64,000 bases of DNA from Candidatus Latescibacterota bacterium (GTDB lineage: Bacteria > Latescibacterota > UBA2968 > UBA8231), in NCBI GenBank assembly GCA_965217585.1, contig OZ244561.1, positions 2,208,001-2,272,000 on the forward strand. The letters run 5' to 3'. The notes below the pieces were generated by a model, which ran no database searches, was not told where the DNA came from, and saw only the letters and a list, made by a program, of their open reading frames with translations. The position numbers and the translations under genes are program-made. This document shows positions 9,960 to 19,131 of the stretch, piece after piece (position 1 is the stretch's first letter; each line of letters begins with the position of its first letter).

Positions 9960-10055
9960 AACCAATGGTGCTAGTCAATTGACCGTGATCTAGGTAGTTT
10001 CTACGCAAATTGTCCATCGCTGAGTTCAGCTTGTAAACCACTAGCACCATTGGTT
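9960..10055. mobile_element. 96-bp MITE-like element with 16-bp perfect terminal inverted repeats
   Basis: aaccaatggtgctagt (9960-9975) / actagcaccattggtt (10040-10055). Absent from the paralogous flank at about 12308-12389. Confidence 0.7.
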
Positions 10056-10110
10056 GTTATAAAAGCAACGCTGAGCGTTTAGAAACAAAATCCCTTTCAT
10101 GTTTTCGGTT

Positions 10111-12276
10111 TCAATAGGCGACGGCAAAGACACCCTGTTGGGTGTGTTGCTCCTCGGAATCGAGGGTCAATTCGTAGATATAGGTGCCGGGTTGGACCAA
10201 GGCGTCCTGCCTATTGCGGCCGTTCCACTGCTGGACAAAGACACCGCTGCGGGCCTTGAACACCGGTAGATGCGCCACCAGTCGGCCCGCTAAGTCGTAG
10301 ATGCGCACCTGCACCGGCCGGTCGGCGGTGACCTCGCGCAGCTTGTAGGTGATGGTCAAGGTCTCGTTGATCCCGTCGCCGTTGGGCGTGAACATCTGGG
10401 GCACAGCCACATCCACCAGCAGATCACCCCCCACTGGCGTGTTGACCGCCAGCAAGTCGCCAGCAAAGCGGAACGTGGCGTTGCCCGGATCGATGCGCTG
10501 CCGGATCTGATCGGGATCCGTGCTGCTGAACACCCAACCGCTGAACTCGGTGCCAAAGCGCAGCACCGGCACGTCGAAGTCGACCTCGACCTGCTTGAAG
10601 CTGTCGGCGCTGCCGGTCAGCGGCGGGAAGGACACGATGAGGCGATCATCGAGCAGATGCGGGACGAACTGGTCTAAGTCCACTGGCTGCCCATCAAGGC
10701 GCACCGAACGCACCGCGTGCGCTTGGACATGGGTGAGGATTTCCAAGCGGTCAAAGCCGGCATTGTCGTCTATGAGGGTGGGCAGAACCACATAGGTAAA
10801 GGGCGTCGGTTCAAAGGAGGCGACCTCGATAGGCCAGATCTCACCGACGAGGGCCTGCGCCGACAGGGTCTCGCTCAACTGCAGGGTGAGTTGATCGAGG
10901 CGGGGTGCCACATGGAAGTCGGCAAAGAACTTGATGGCGATTTGGATGTAGCGGCTGGGGCCGGGCGACAGCAGCAGGATGCCGTCCTGCCAAGTGCTGG
11001 CTGGCTGGTTGGGGTTGCGCTGGCCAGCGGCAAAGTCATAGGGCGGCGACCAGAAGCTCCAGTGGGCGGCATCGTAGGTGGGGAGCAGTTGAGCGGCTCG
11101 GTCGATTTTGTCGTATTGGGCACGGGTGATGGATACGAGGTCGTCGTTGATATTGGGTGCGAAGTAGAGTTGCGGATCGGGGGTGTGGCCGGTGCGGGTG
11201 CGGATTTCGATGCGGGTGCCGGCGGGCATCTCACCTTCCCAGCGGATTTTGCCCCAGGTGACGGCTTGGCCGAAGTCGAGGATGGGGGTGAGGTAGGTGG
11301 TCTCGGAAACGTAGCCGTCGCCGTAGATTTCGAATTCGGCGATTTCATAGTCGCGCAGGGGGAAGGTGCGCAGCGTGAGCCAGCGGGTGGAGCGAGAGGG
11401 AAAGCGCAGGTCGACGACGGGGTTGAGGTTTTCGCGGGTAGATTCCAGCACCGTCAGCAGTGGATCGCCGTTGCGCACCCACCGCAAGTCGCCCAAGACG
11501 GTGCGCCGTTTGCTCGTCGCCACACCGCTGGACCCCCCCGCTCTACACTCGCTGCAAGTGAGACTACCACTACCGCTGCAGGGGTCCGGGGCAAAGACGA
11601 CCGAGTTATCACCGGTGCGGATCTCATACCAAGCGAGGAAATTGTCGAGGAAGCTGTCTTCGCCAAAGCTCTCCACCTCCGGCGTGGGCACGTCCATAGT
11701 CTGGATCAACTGGTGATCCTCCCTTTGGCTCAGGCGGGGATAGAAGCGGATGCGGTTGATCGGCACACCAGCACCAAAATCGAAGACCACGGAATTGGTC
11801 CAGGTATAGCCCACGCCCGGCGGCGAGCCGACCCGTTGGACAAAGGTGCGGAAGGTGGCCGTGGTCGGATCGCCATCCAGCATTAGCTTGATCGAAGGTT
11901 GAAAATTGCCCCAAAAAATACAGTGATCCGTGCTGAGAACCCTGGAGCCGGGGATATAGGGCAGAGGAATGGTAGTCTTCCCGGCATTGACATTGGCCCG
12001 AGCGATATTGACGCTCGGGTCAATGAGCCGGGGTTGGATCGAGGTGCCGGAAAAGTCGATCAAGGTATCGGCCCCCACGCCAAAGGGCGAAACCTCCACC
12101 GATACTTGGCGCTCAACTTGGCCGTCGGCAGCAAAGGCCTGATAGGTGCTTTCTCCGGCCAGGATGGCCTGCCAGGGGTTGCCATCGGTCCCACCTAGGC
12201 GGTATTCCGTCCCCCCCAACACGGGCACAGCACCGAGCAAGACGCTGCAAAAACAGAGCAACACGATGCCTGCCAT
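10111..12276 (-). CDS. Secreted multidomain protein with FlgD-Ig / type-B-CTD-like C-terminal domain (copy A)
   Basis: Signal peptide; discoidin-like DFGAGVPINRIRFYPR; FTPNGDGINE...IYDLAGRLV...WNGRN...PGTYIYEL tail ending AVAY. Confidence 0.8.
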   Translation of the reverse strand: MAGIVLLCFCSVLLGAVPVLGGTEYRLGGTDGNPWQAILAGESTYQAFAADGQVERQVSVEVSPFGVGADTLIDFSGTSIQPRLIDPSVNIARANVNAGKTTIPLPYIPGSRVLSTDHCIFWGNFQPSIKLMLDGDPTTATFRTFVQRVGSPPGVGYTWTNSVVFDFGAGVPINRIRFYPRLSQREDHQLIQTMDVPTPEVESFGEDSFLDNFLAWYEIRTGDNSVVFAPDPCSGSGSLTCSECRAGGSSGVATSKRRTVLGDLRWVRNGDPLLTVLESTRENLNPVVDLRFPSRSTRWLTLRTFPLRDYEIAEFEIYGDGYVSETTYLTPILDFGQAVTWGKIRWEGEMPAGTRIEIRTRTGHTPDPQLYFAPNINDDLVSITRAQYDKIDRAAQLLPTYDAAHWSFWSPPYDFAAGQRNPNQPASTWQDGILLLSPGPSRYIQIAIKFFADFHVAPRLDQLTLQLSETLSAQALVGEIWPIEVASFEPTPFTYVVLPTLIDDNAGFDRLEILTHVQAHAVRSVRLDGQPVDLDQFVPHLLDDRLIVSFPPLTGSADSFKQVEVDFDVPVLRFGTEFSGWVFSSTDPDQIRQRIDPGNATFRFAGDLLAVNTPVGGDLLVDVAVPQMFTPNGDGINETLTITYKLREVTADRPVQVRIYDLAGRLVAHLPVFKARSGVFVQQWNGRNRQDALVQPGTYIYELTLDSEEQHTQQGVFAVAY

Positions 12277-12388
12277 AACTCCCTCCTTGCTGGTTCACCA
12301 ATACGAGTGTGCAGTTCAAGGGTTGCGAAGAGTAAGTATACACCCAAGCTCAGCGTTTAGAAACAAAATTTCTTCCACGCTTCCAGTT

Positions 12389-14554
12389 TCAATAGGCGAC
12401 GGCAAAGACGCCTTGTTGGGTGTGTTGCTCCTCGGAATCGAGAGTCAATTCGTAGATATAGGTGCCGGGCTGAACCAAGGCGTCCTGCCCGTCGTGGCCA
12501 TTCCACTGCTGGATAAAGACACCGCTGCGGGCCTTGAACACCGGTAGATGCGCCACCAGTCGGCCCGCCAAGTCGTAGATGCGCACCTGCACCGGCCGGT
12601 CGGCGGTGACCTCGCGCAGCTTGTAGGTGATGGTCAGGATATCGTTGATCCCGTCGCCGTTGGGCGTGAACATCTGGGGCACAGCCACATCCACCAGCAG
12701 ATCACCCCCCACCGGCGTGTTGACCGCCAGCAAGTTGCCAGCAAAGCGGAACGTGGCGTTGCCCGGATCGATGCGCTGCCGGATCTGATCGGGATCCGTG
12801 CTGCTGAACACCCAACCGCTGAACTCGGTGCCGAAACGCAGCACCGGCACGTCGAAGTCGACCTCGACCTGCTTGAAGCTGTCGGCGCTGCCGGTCAGCG
12901 GCGGGAAGGACACGATGAGGCGATCATCGAGCAGATGCGGGACGAACTGGTCTAAGTCCACTGGCTGCCCATCAAGGCGCACCGAACGCACCGCGTGCGC
13001 CCGGACATGGGTGAGGATTTCCAAGCGGTCAAAGCCAGCATTGTCGTCGCTGAGGGTGGGCAGGACCACATAGGTAAAGGGCGTCGGTTCAAAGGAGGCG
13101 ACCTCGATAGGCCAGATCTCACCGACGAGGGCTTGAGCCGACAGGGTCTCGCTCAATTGCAGGGTGAGTTGATCGAGGCGGGGTGCCGCATGGAAGTCGG
13201 CAAAGAGCTTGATGGCGATTTGGATGTAGCGGCTGGGGCCGGGCGACAGCAGTAGGATGCCGTCCTGCCAGGCGCGGGCGGGCTGGTTGGGGTTGCGCTG
13301 GCCGGCGGCAAACTCGTAGGGCGACGACCAGAAGCTCCAGTGGTCGGCATCATAGACGGGCAGCAGTTGGGCGGATCTGTCGATCTTGTCGTATTGGGTG
13401 CGGGTGATGGGTACGAGTTCGTCGTTGATATTGGGGGCGAAGTAGAGCTGGGGATCGGGGGTGTGGCCGGTGCGGGTGCGAATCTCGATGCGGGTGCCGT
13501 CGAGCACCTCTCCTTCCCAGCGGATTTTGCCCCAGGTGACGGCTTGGCCGAAGTCGAGGATGGGGGAGAGGTAGGTCGTCTCGTGGACATAGCCGTCGCC
13601 GTAGATTTCGAATTCGGCGATTTCATAGTCGCGCAGGGGGAAGGTGCGCAGCGTGAGCCAGCGGGTGGAGCGGGTGGGAAAGCGCAGGTCGACGACGGGA
13701 TCGAGGTTTTCGCGAGTGGATTCCAGCACCGTCAGCAGTGGATCGCCATTGCGCACCCATCGCAAGTCGCCCAAGACGGTGCGCCGTTTGCTCGTCGCTA
13801 CATCGCTGGAAATCCCCGCTCTACACACGCTGCAGGTGAGACTACCACTACCGCTGCAGGGGTCCGGGGCAAAGACGACCGAATTGTCGCCGGTGCGGAT
13901 CTCATACCAAGCGAGGAAGTTGGCCAAGAAGCTGTCTTCGCCAAAGCTCTCCACCTCCGGCATGGGCACGTCCATAGTCTGGATCAACTGGTGATCCTCC
14001 CTTTGGCTCAGGCGGGGATAGAAGCGGATGCGGTTGATCGGCACACCAGCACCAAAATCGAAGACCACGGAATTGGTCCAGGTATAGCCCACGCCCGGCG
14101 GCGAGCCGACCCGTTGGACAAAGGTGCGGAAGGCGGCTGTAGTCGGATCACCGTCCAGCATTAGCTTGATCGAAGGTTGAAAATTGCCCCAAGCAATACA
14201 GTGATCCGTGCTGAGGACTCTGGAGCCGGGGATATAGGGCAAGGGAATGCTGGTCCTGCCGGCATTGACATCGGCCCGGGCGATATTGACGCTGGGGTCA
14301 ATGAGCCGAGGTTGGATCGAGGTGCCGGAAAAGTCGATCAGGGTATCAGCCCCCGCGCCAAAGGGCGAGAGCCCTACCGATACTTGGCGCTCGACTTGGC
14401 CGTCGGCAGCAAAAGCCTGGTAGACGCTTTCCCCGGCTAGGATGGCCTGCCAGGGATTGCCATCGGTCCCACCTAAGCGGTATTCCGTCCCCCCCAACAC
14501 GGGCGCAGCACCGAGCAAGACGCCGCAAAAACAGAGCAATATTATGCCTGCCAT
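12389..14554 (-). CDS. Secreted multidomain protein with FlgD-Ig / type-B-CTD-like C-terminal domain (copy B)
   Basis: Same 721-aa length as copy A; about 45 substitutions by manual count. Confidence 0.8.
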   Translation of the reverse strand: MAGIILLCFCGVLLGAAPVLGGTEYRLGGTDGNPWQAILAGESVYQAFAADGQVERQVSVGLSPFGAGADTLIDFSGTSIQPRLIDPSVNIARADVNAGRTSIPLPYIPGSRVLSTDHCIAWGNFQPSIKLMLDGDPTTAAFRTFVQRVGSPPGVGYTWTNSVVFDFGAGVPINRIRFYPRLSQREDHQLIQTMDVPMPEVESFGEDSFLANFLAWYEIRTGDNSVVFAPDPCSGSGSLTCSVCRAGISSDVATSKRRTVLGDLRWVRNGDPLLTVLESTRENLDPVVDLRFPTRSTRWLTLRTFPLRDYEIAEFEIYGDGYVHETTYLSPILDFGQAVTWGKIRWEGEVLDGTRIEIRTRTGHTPDPQLYFAPNINDELVPITRTQYDKIDRSAQLLPVYDADHWSFWSSPYEFAAGQRNPNQPARAWQDGILLLSPGPSRYIQIAIKLFADFHAAPRLDQLTLQLSETLSAQALVGEIWPIEVASFEPTPFTYVVLPTLSDDNAGFDRLEILTHVRAHAVRSVRLDGQPVDLDQFVPHLLDDRLIVSFPPLTGSADSFKQVEVDFDVPVLRFGTEFSGWVFSSTDPDQIRQRIDPGNATFRFAGNLLAVNTPVGGDLLVDVAVPQMFTPNGDGINDILTITYKLREVTADRPVQVRIYDLAGRLVAHLPVFKARSGVFIQQWNGHDGQDALVQPGTYIYELTLDSEEQHTQQGVFAVAY

Positions 14555-14644
14555 AACTCGCTCCTTGTTGGTTCGGAGTAGACAATTAATAAGTAAGACC
14601 GACGATGACCAACAAGATCTTGGATTGTTTTGATTGCGGAGCGA

Positions 14645-16762
14645 TTAGTAGGCCACTCCCACAAGGTGGGCCTTTTCCTCGACCTTGGCGTCTCCCTTGA
14701 CTTTGATGTGCACGACATAGAGTCCCGGCGGCACTAGCTGCCCATGCTCATTGCGGCCGTCCCAGGTCTTGTCCGTGTACTGCCCATTGGCCTCGGGGCC
14801 GTCGTGGATGACCCGGATCTGGCGTCCGCTTAAATCGTACACCCCAATTGCCACGGGTCGGACGATACTCAGGGATAGCAGATTGTAGCTCATCCCCATC
14901 ACATCATTAGCTCCGTCTCCGTTGGGGCTAAAGATATTGGGCTCGATAAGTATCTGGTCGAGCAGTTTGGTCTTTTCGAGCACCGAGGGACTCAGCACCG
15001 TGGTACCGGATAAATCGGCCTCGTCCCCTTCACCCAACAAAACTGCATCACCCGGAATAATGGCCTGCGAGGCCCCTAATTCGGTAGATAGCTGGATCGA
15101 ACCAGTGAAGTTTGTGCTGTAGGTCAGAACTCCGGTCTGGAAGCGGAGGAGAACCACAATATTATCTTCTCTCACCGGCGGTAGACGTACCGAAAAACTG
15201 GAAGGGGATACCGAGACGATCTGGAAGCCCCCCTCAGTAGACGAATCATCTAGACCAGAAAAAGTCTGCTCAGCGATGATTTGGCCGCTGGAATCCCTCA
15301 TTTCTATCCCGTCTATGCTTTCCACTTGGCTGACTGTGGAAATCTTCACTGTATCAAAACCGAGCAAGCCGTTGGTCTGAGCCACGGTGCGCAGGGCATA
15401 GGTGAAGGACGTCCTCTGGGAAACCGGCACATCCCGGGGAAAAATTTCGCCGATAACGGCATCGGCTAGAGGGGGTGCCAGCACGTCAAAACTCAAGTTC
15501 TTGAGCACCCGCCCTGCATCCAGATCACTGCTGTTGAAAATTACTCGAAACTGAAAATAGCGCCGCGGTCCGGGTGAGGTAATGGGTGAGCCGGTCGTAT
15601 CGTTGGCTGCACTGGCGGGAAGCGGCGTGCTGAACGGACTCCAGTTGACTAGATCGTCCCGAACCGGTCCGTGCTCCCATTGGCGGCCCAATTCGTCGTC
15701 GAGCGGCAGTGCTTTGTACTCTTCCAAATCCAGTTCCTGTCCCGGGTTATTTACCGAGAGCGAAATTTCTGTGGGATTGCGCTGGCCGTAGAGCAGACGA
15801 GTAAAGACCAATGGGTTAGTATCCCTGCCTGTGCGGGTGCGAATCTGGATATTGGAAAAGGCTGGATCGCCAATTGCTTCTTCCTGCCAGCGGAGTATGC
15901 TCCACACCGCAGGCTGGCCCACATCGAAAATAGGTGAAATATACTCGGCGTTGGACAAAAAGCCCGTACCGAATACCTCGATCTCGTCGATCTCGTAGTT
16001 GACCGTGGTCGTCGCCCGCAAGCGCAGGGCCTTGACAGAGCGCGGTGGGTCCATGACTACATCAACAACTGGATTCTCGTTATCGGGTTCTAGGAGCAGT
16101 GGGTCCCAGATGAGCTTGCCTCCTTCGGTCTGACTGCCATCGTTGGTGAACAGTTCAAAGGCCCGCAAAAAATCGTTGTGGAATGGGGTGGTAGGCGATG
16201 GGAAAACCGTATTGCGGGGATAGAAGCGAACGCGATTTACCCCAAAGAGTCCCCCCAACTCGACGAATATTAGGGTTCCCAAGGCATTGTAATTCTTGCG
16301 TTCGAACGCTTTTATTTCGCCGCCATCCTTCGTTTCGATGAGTTCCTCCAAGGTGATCCGCAGGTCGTTTTTGTCAAAAATGCCGGCGGCGAAGCCGCCC
16401 AAGTCAAAGACATTGGGTGCCTCTATACCACCCCCGCGTCTCAGGGCGGTATTGGCGATATTCTCGCCATCTGGAATGCGCAGAGGATGGATACTACCGG
16501 GGAATTGGTCGCTCTCAAACTCGATCAAATTGCCGGGCGAGTTGCCCACCAGCAGTTCCACGCCCGGCACATCGTCGTTTTGGAAAAGGGATCGGTACTG
16601 AGGCTCGATAGTCTCCACCGAGGACGAACCTTCACCGCGCCAGTTGAGCGAGCCGTTCTCTCCAAGACTCACCGTCTCCAGCGCTACCGCCCAACGGCAG
16701 AGGGACAGGATACCAATCCAAATTAAGATGGCCTGTCTTGAGGATACTGTATTCTTAAGCAT
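14645..16762 (-). CDS. Secreted FlgD-Ig-tailed protein, divergent paralog of 10111/12389
   Basis: Signal peptide; ELGGLFGVNRVRFYPR, IQIRTRTG, SPGPRRYFQ, GEIFP, FSPNGDGAND; ends LVGVAY. Confidence 0.8.
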   Translation of the reverse strand: MLKNTVSSRQAILIWIGILSLCRWAVALETVSLGENGSLNWRGEGSSSVETIEPQYRSLFQNDDVPGVELLVGNSPGNLIEFESDQFPGSIHPLRIPDGENIANTALRRGGGIEAPNVFDLGGFAAGIFDKNDLRITLEELIETKDGGEIKAFERKNYNALGTLIFVELGGLFGVNRVRFYPRNTVFPSPTTPFHNDFLRAFELFTNDGSQTEGGKLIWDPLLLEPDNENPVVDVVMDPPRSVKALRLRATTTVNYEIDEIEVFGTGFLSNAEYISPIFDVGQPAVWSILRWQEEAIGDPAFSNIQIRTRTGRDTNPLVFTRLLYGQRNPTEISLSVNNPGQELDLEEYKALPLDDELGRQWEHGPVRDDLVNWSPFSTPLPASAANDTTGSPITSPGPRRYFQFRVIFNSSDLDAGRVLKNLSFDVLAPPLADAVIGEIFPRDVPVSQRTSFTYALRTVAQTNGLLGFDTVKISTVSQVESIDGIEMRDSSGQIIAEQTFSGLDDSSTEGGFQIVSVSPSSFSVRLPPVREDNIVVLLRFQTGVLTYSTNFTGSIQLSTELGASQAIIPGDAVLLGEGDEADLSGTTVLSPSVLEKTKLLDQILIEPNIFSPNGDGANDVMGMSYNLLSLSIVRPVAIGVYDLSGRQIRVIHDGPEANGQYTDKTWDGRNEHGQLVPPGLYVVHIKVKGDAKVEEKAHLVGVAY

Positions 16763-16839
16763 GACGTCTCCTCAGCGACGTTTGGAACTGAGTGGCCGAA
16801 TGCTGAACTATGCGCGAAATAGTTTCGAATGTCAATGGG

Positions 16840-19119
16840 TCATTTCCCTAGGATTCTCGTCAATTGTTCTTTTATCGAGGTTTCGGCTTGTTGCTGCATC
16901 TTTTGTTGTTGTTCGGCAAGACTATAAAGACCGTAGTGTTCGTCGGCCTTTTTGAGGTTTCCGGCGCGCTTGTAGAGGTTGCCTAGGTGCCTGTGGGCCT
17001 CAAAGTCTGTAGGACTTAATAGCAGGATTTTCTCGAAGTGCTCGATTGCTTCGCTGTAGCGCTTCTGCCTAGCTAGGAGTAAACCCAAGCTCCAACGGGT
17101 CTGGACGGAATTGGCATCCAAGCCAATGGCTTGGAGCAGATGGTCTTCTGCCTCCAGCAATCGGGGGGGCCGATCTGGCGGGTTCGCCCCTTTTGCAACT
17201 CCCTCGCGCTTGATCAAAAGATTGGCCAGAAGGGTGTGGTACTGGGGATTTTCCGGTTCTTGGTTCAGCAGGATGCGACACTCTTTTTCGGCTGCATCTA
17301 TCTCGCCGGTCTCTTGGTAGAGCTGGGCCAACTGGTAGCGCACTAGGCTCGAATCCGGCCGGAGGTCAAGGGTTCGGCGATAGGCTTGGACGGCGCGCTG
17401 GGGCTGGCCAGCCATTAGATAGGCGTAGCCCAAGCGGCCGTGGAGGGCGGCCCATTGGGGTTGCAGCGGAACTAGATCGGAGTAGACGGCGATGGCCTCC
17501 TGATACAACTGGGTGCCCAGATAGGTATTGCCCAGCAGAAAACGAGTAGGAACGGTCTGAGGATAAAAGCGCAAATATTGATGGTAGAGTTCTATGGCGT
17601 CGGCGTGTTGTGCCTTTGCGTTGTAGAGGTTGGCCAAACTCAACAGGGCATTCTGGTGATCGGGACGGTCCTCAATCACGGCGTGGTATTCCCGCATGGC
17701 GTTGGCGACCATGCCCTTCTTCTCATAGGCGTAGCCCATCCAGAAGCGCTGCTGAGTGTCCCCTGCCACATCCATGCGACCGGCACCCAAGTTGGTCAGC
17801 ACTATGACCCCGACTACGCCCACCAGTATCTTGGGGAGATGAGATGTATGCCAGAGCCTATACAGACCAAAAGCGGCAAAGAGCAATAGAATCGGCAGGG
17901 CAGGGAGACGATAGCGAGCAGTCACGAAGAAGAGAATCACCGAGAGCATGTAGGCAAAAATAAAAAACAACAGCAGACGCCCCTGGGGGGAACGGCCTTC
18001 TTTGCTGCACCAGAAGAACGCCAGCCCGAGCAGGGCGAAAGGTCCCACCAGCCCAAAGGGAAAAGCCAGCCCGAACTTCCACAGTAAGGCTTGGAGCAAG
18101 GTCGAATCGCGGCGGGCGAAATAGGGATCGAGGTTCCGCCGGATTTCGTCTCCGTGCCAAAAAAGATAGAGTTTGCGCCCCATAAGTTTCAGGTAATCCA
18201 GAGGGGCACCAGTGATATACTCCCATGAGCGTGCAAAGAAAAAGCGGGACTTTGACGAAGGGAGTTCAATACCTGCTTCTCTTTCGGGGCTTTCAATTAG
18301 GTCAATCCAGTCTTGCCCTGGGCGGATATTGACCGTGTGATCGTAGTCGGGGTTATTGCCGATATAGAAATTGATGCCGGCATTATGGGAAATTAGCACT
18401 AGGTCGCCGCCAACTAAATAGTTACGCAGCGCAACGGGAGCGATAACAAGGCCACATCCCAAAAGCAGGAGGACGCCCTGTTGCAAGATGCGAGGGGGGA
18501 CAATATGCGCCCTTTTACTAGCGGACCACAGCCAGAAAAACAGGAAGGGAAGGAACAAAAGAATATTGGCTACGGCCAAGGCACATATACCTAGCAAGAG
18601 TCCGGAGACCAGATAGGGCCAGCGAGCTGGGCTGGGCTGGCGGCTCAGATGTAACAACAACAGCAGATTGAGGAAAATGGCCGGAATAGTGGGCAGCAAC
18701 TCGCCGCCAAAGTAGATCAGCGGACCGTAAAAAGCAGCGGCCAATCCGGCCCCAAAAGCCACGGGAAAGGAGAAAACGCGGAGACCGAGAATGTAGATAA
18801 AGACGCATATACCCGATCCGAGTAGAGCTTGGAATAGGCGCGGCAAGTAGAGGTCTTGACCGAAGAACCAGAAAAAGAGACTCAGAGCATAGGGGTACAG
18901 CGGTGGCTGCCAGAAGGGCGTCGGCCGGCCGGCCCAGGACTGACTGCTTAGATAGAGTCCATCCTCCACATAGGTCTTGGCATCTACGATCGGGATATTA
19001 AAGAGTAAGCTCTCCCGAATTTGCTCCAAGTAAATAAGGCGGAGGATTAGCGCCAACAGGCCCAACAAAAGAGCAGGCCCCAGGCGATGCCAGCCGCCTG
19101 GGGCAAAAGGTGCAGTCAT
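16840..19119 (-). CDS. GT-C fold (GT39/ArnT/PMT-like) membrane glycosyltransferase with C-terminal TPRs
   Basis: IVDAKTY, FWQPPLYPY, NAGINFYIGNNP, ARYRLPALP motifs and many TPRs. ATG at 19119, alternative TTG at 19131. Confidence 0.85.
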   Translation of the reverse strand: MTAPFAPGGWHRLGPALLLGLLALILRLIYLEQIRESLLFNIPIVDAKTYVEDGLYLSSQSWAGRPTPFWQPPLYPYALSLFFWFFGQDLYLPRLFQALLGSGICVFIYILGLRVFSFPVAFGAGLAAAFYGPLIYFGGELLPTIPAIFLNLLLLLHLSRQPSPARWPYLVSGLLLGICALAVANILLFLPFLFFWLWSASKRAHIVPPRILQQGVLLLLGCGLVIAPVALRNYLVGGDLVLISHNAGINFYIGNNPDYDHTVNIRPGQDWIDLIESPEREAGIELPSSKSRFFFARSWEYITGAPLDYLKLMGRKLYLFWHGDEIRRNLDPYFARRDSTLLQALLWKFGLAFPFGLVGPFALLGLAFFWCSKEGRSPQGRLLLFFIFAYMLSVILFFVTARYRLPALPILLLFAAFGLYRLWHTSHLPKILVGVVGVIVLTNLGAGRMDVAGDTQQRFWMGYAYEKKGMVANAMREYHAVIEDRPDHQNALLSLANLYNAKAQHADAIELYHQYLRFYPQTVPTRFLLGNTYLGTQLYQEAIAVYSDLVPLQPQWAALHGRLGYAYLMAGQPQRAVQAYRRTLDLRPDSSLVRYQLAQLYQETGEIDAAEKECRILLNQEPENPQYHTLLANLLIKREGVAKGANPPDRPPRLLEAEDHLLQAIGLDANSVQTRWSLGLLLARQKRYSEAIEHFEKILLLSPTDFEAHRHLGNLYKRAGNLKKADEHYGLYSLAEQQQKMQQQAETSIKEQLTRILGK

Positions 19120-19131
19120 GCCTGGGTGCAA

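Larger units (their letters stand above)
9929..14570. repeat. Tandem segmental duplication, 2278-bp offset between the coding copies
   Basis: Near-identical DNA for 10111-12276 and 12389-14554. The flank tgtgcagttca...ggttgcgaaga...agcgtttagaaacaaaat is also shared. Confidence 0.95.

Noticed and set aside
10717-11886. Long plus-strand ORF (and similar shadow ORFs at 3758-4702, 13340-14164, 38658-39707, 56026-57240)
   Set aside because: Antisense to well-supported genes; typical high-GC shadow frames with no motifs.
10111-14554. Diversity-generating retroelement (template/variable repeat pair)
   Set aside because: The repeat covers whole genes, differences are not adenine-specific, and no reverse transcriptase is present.
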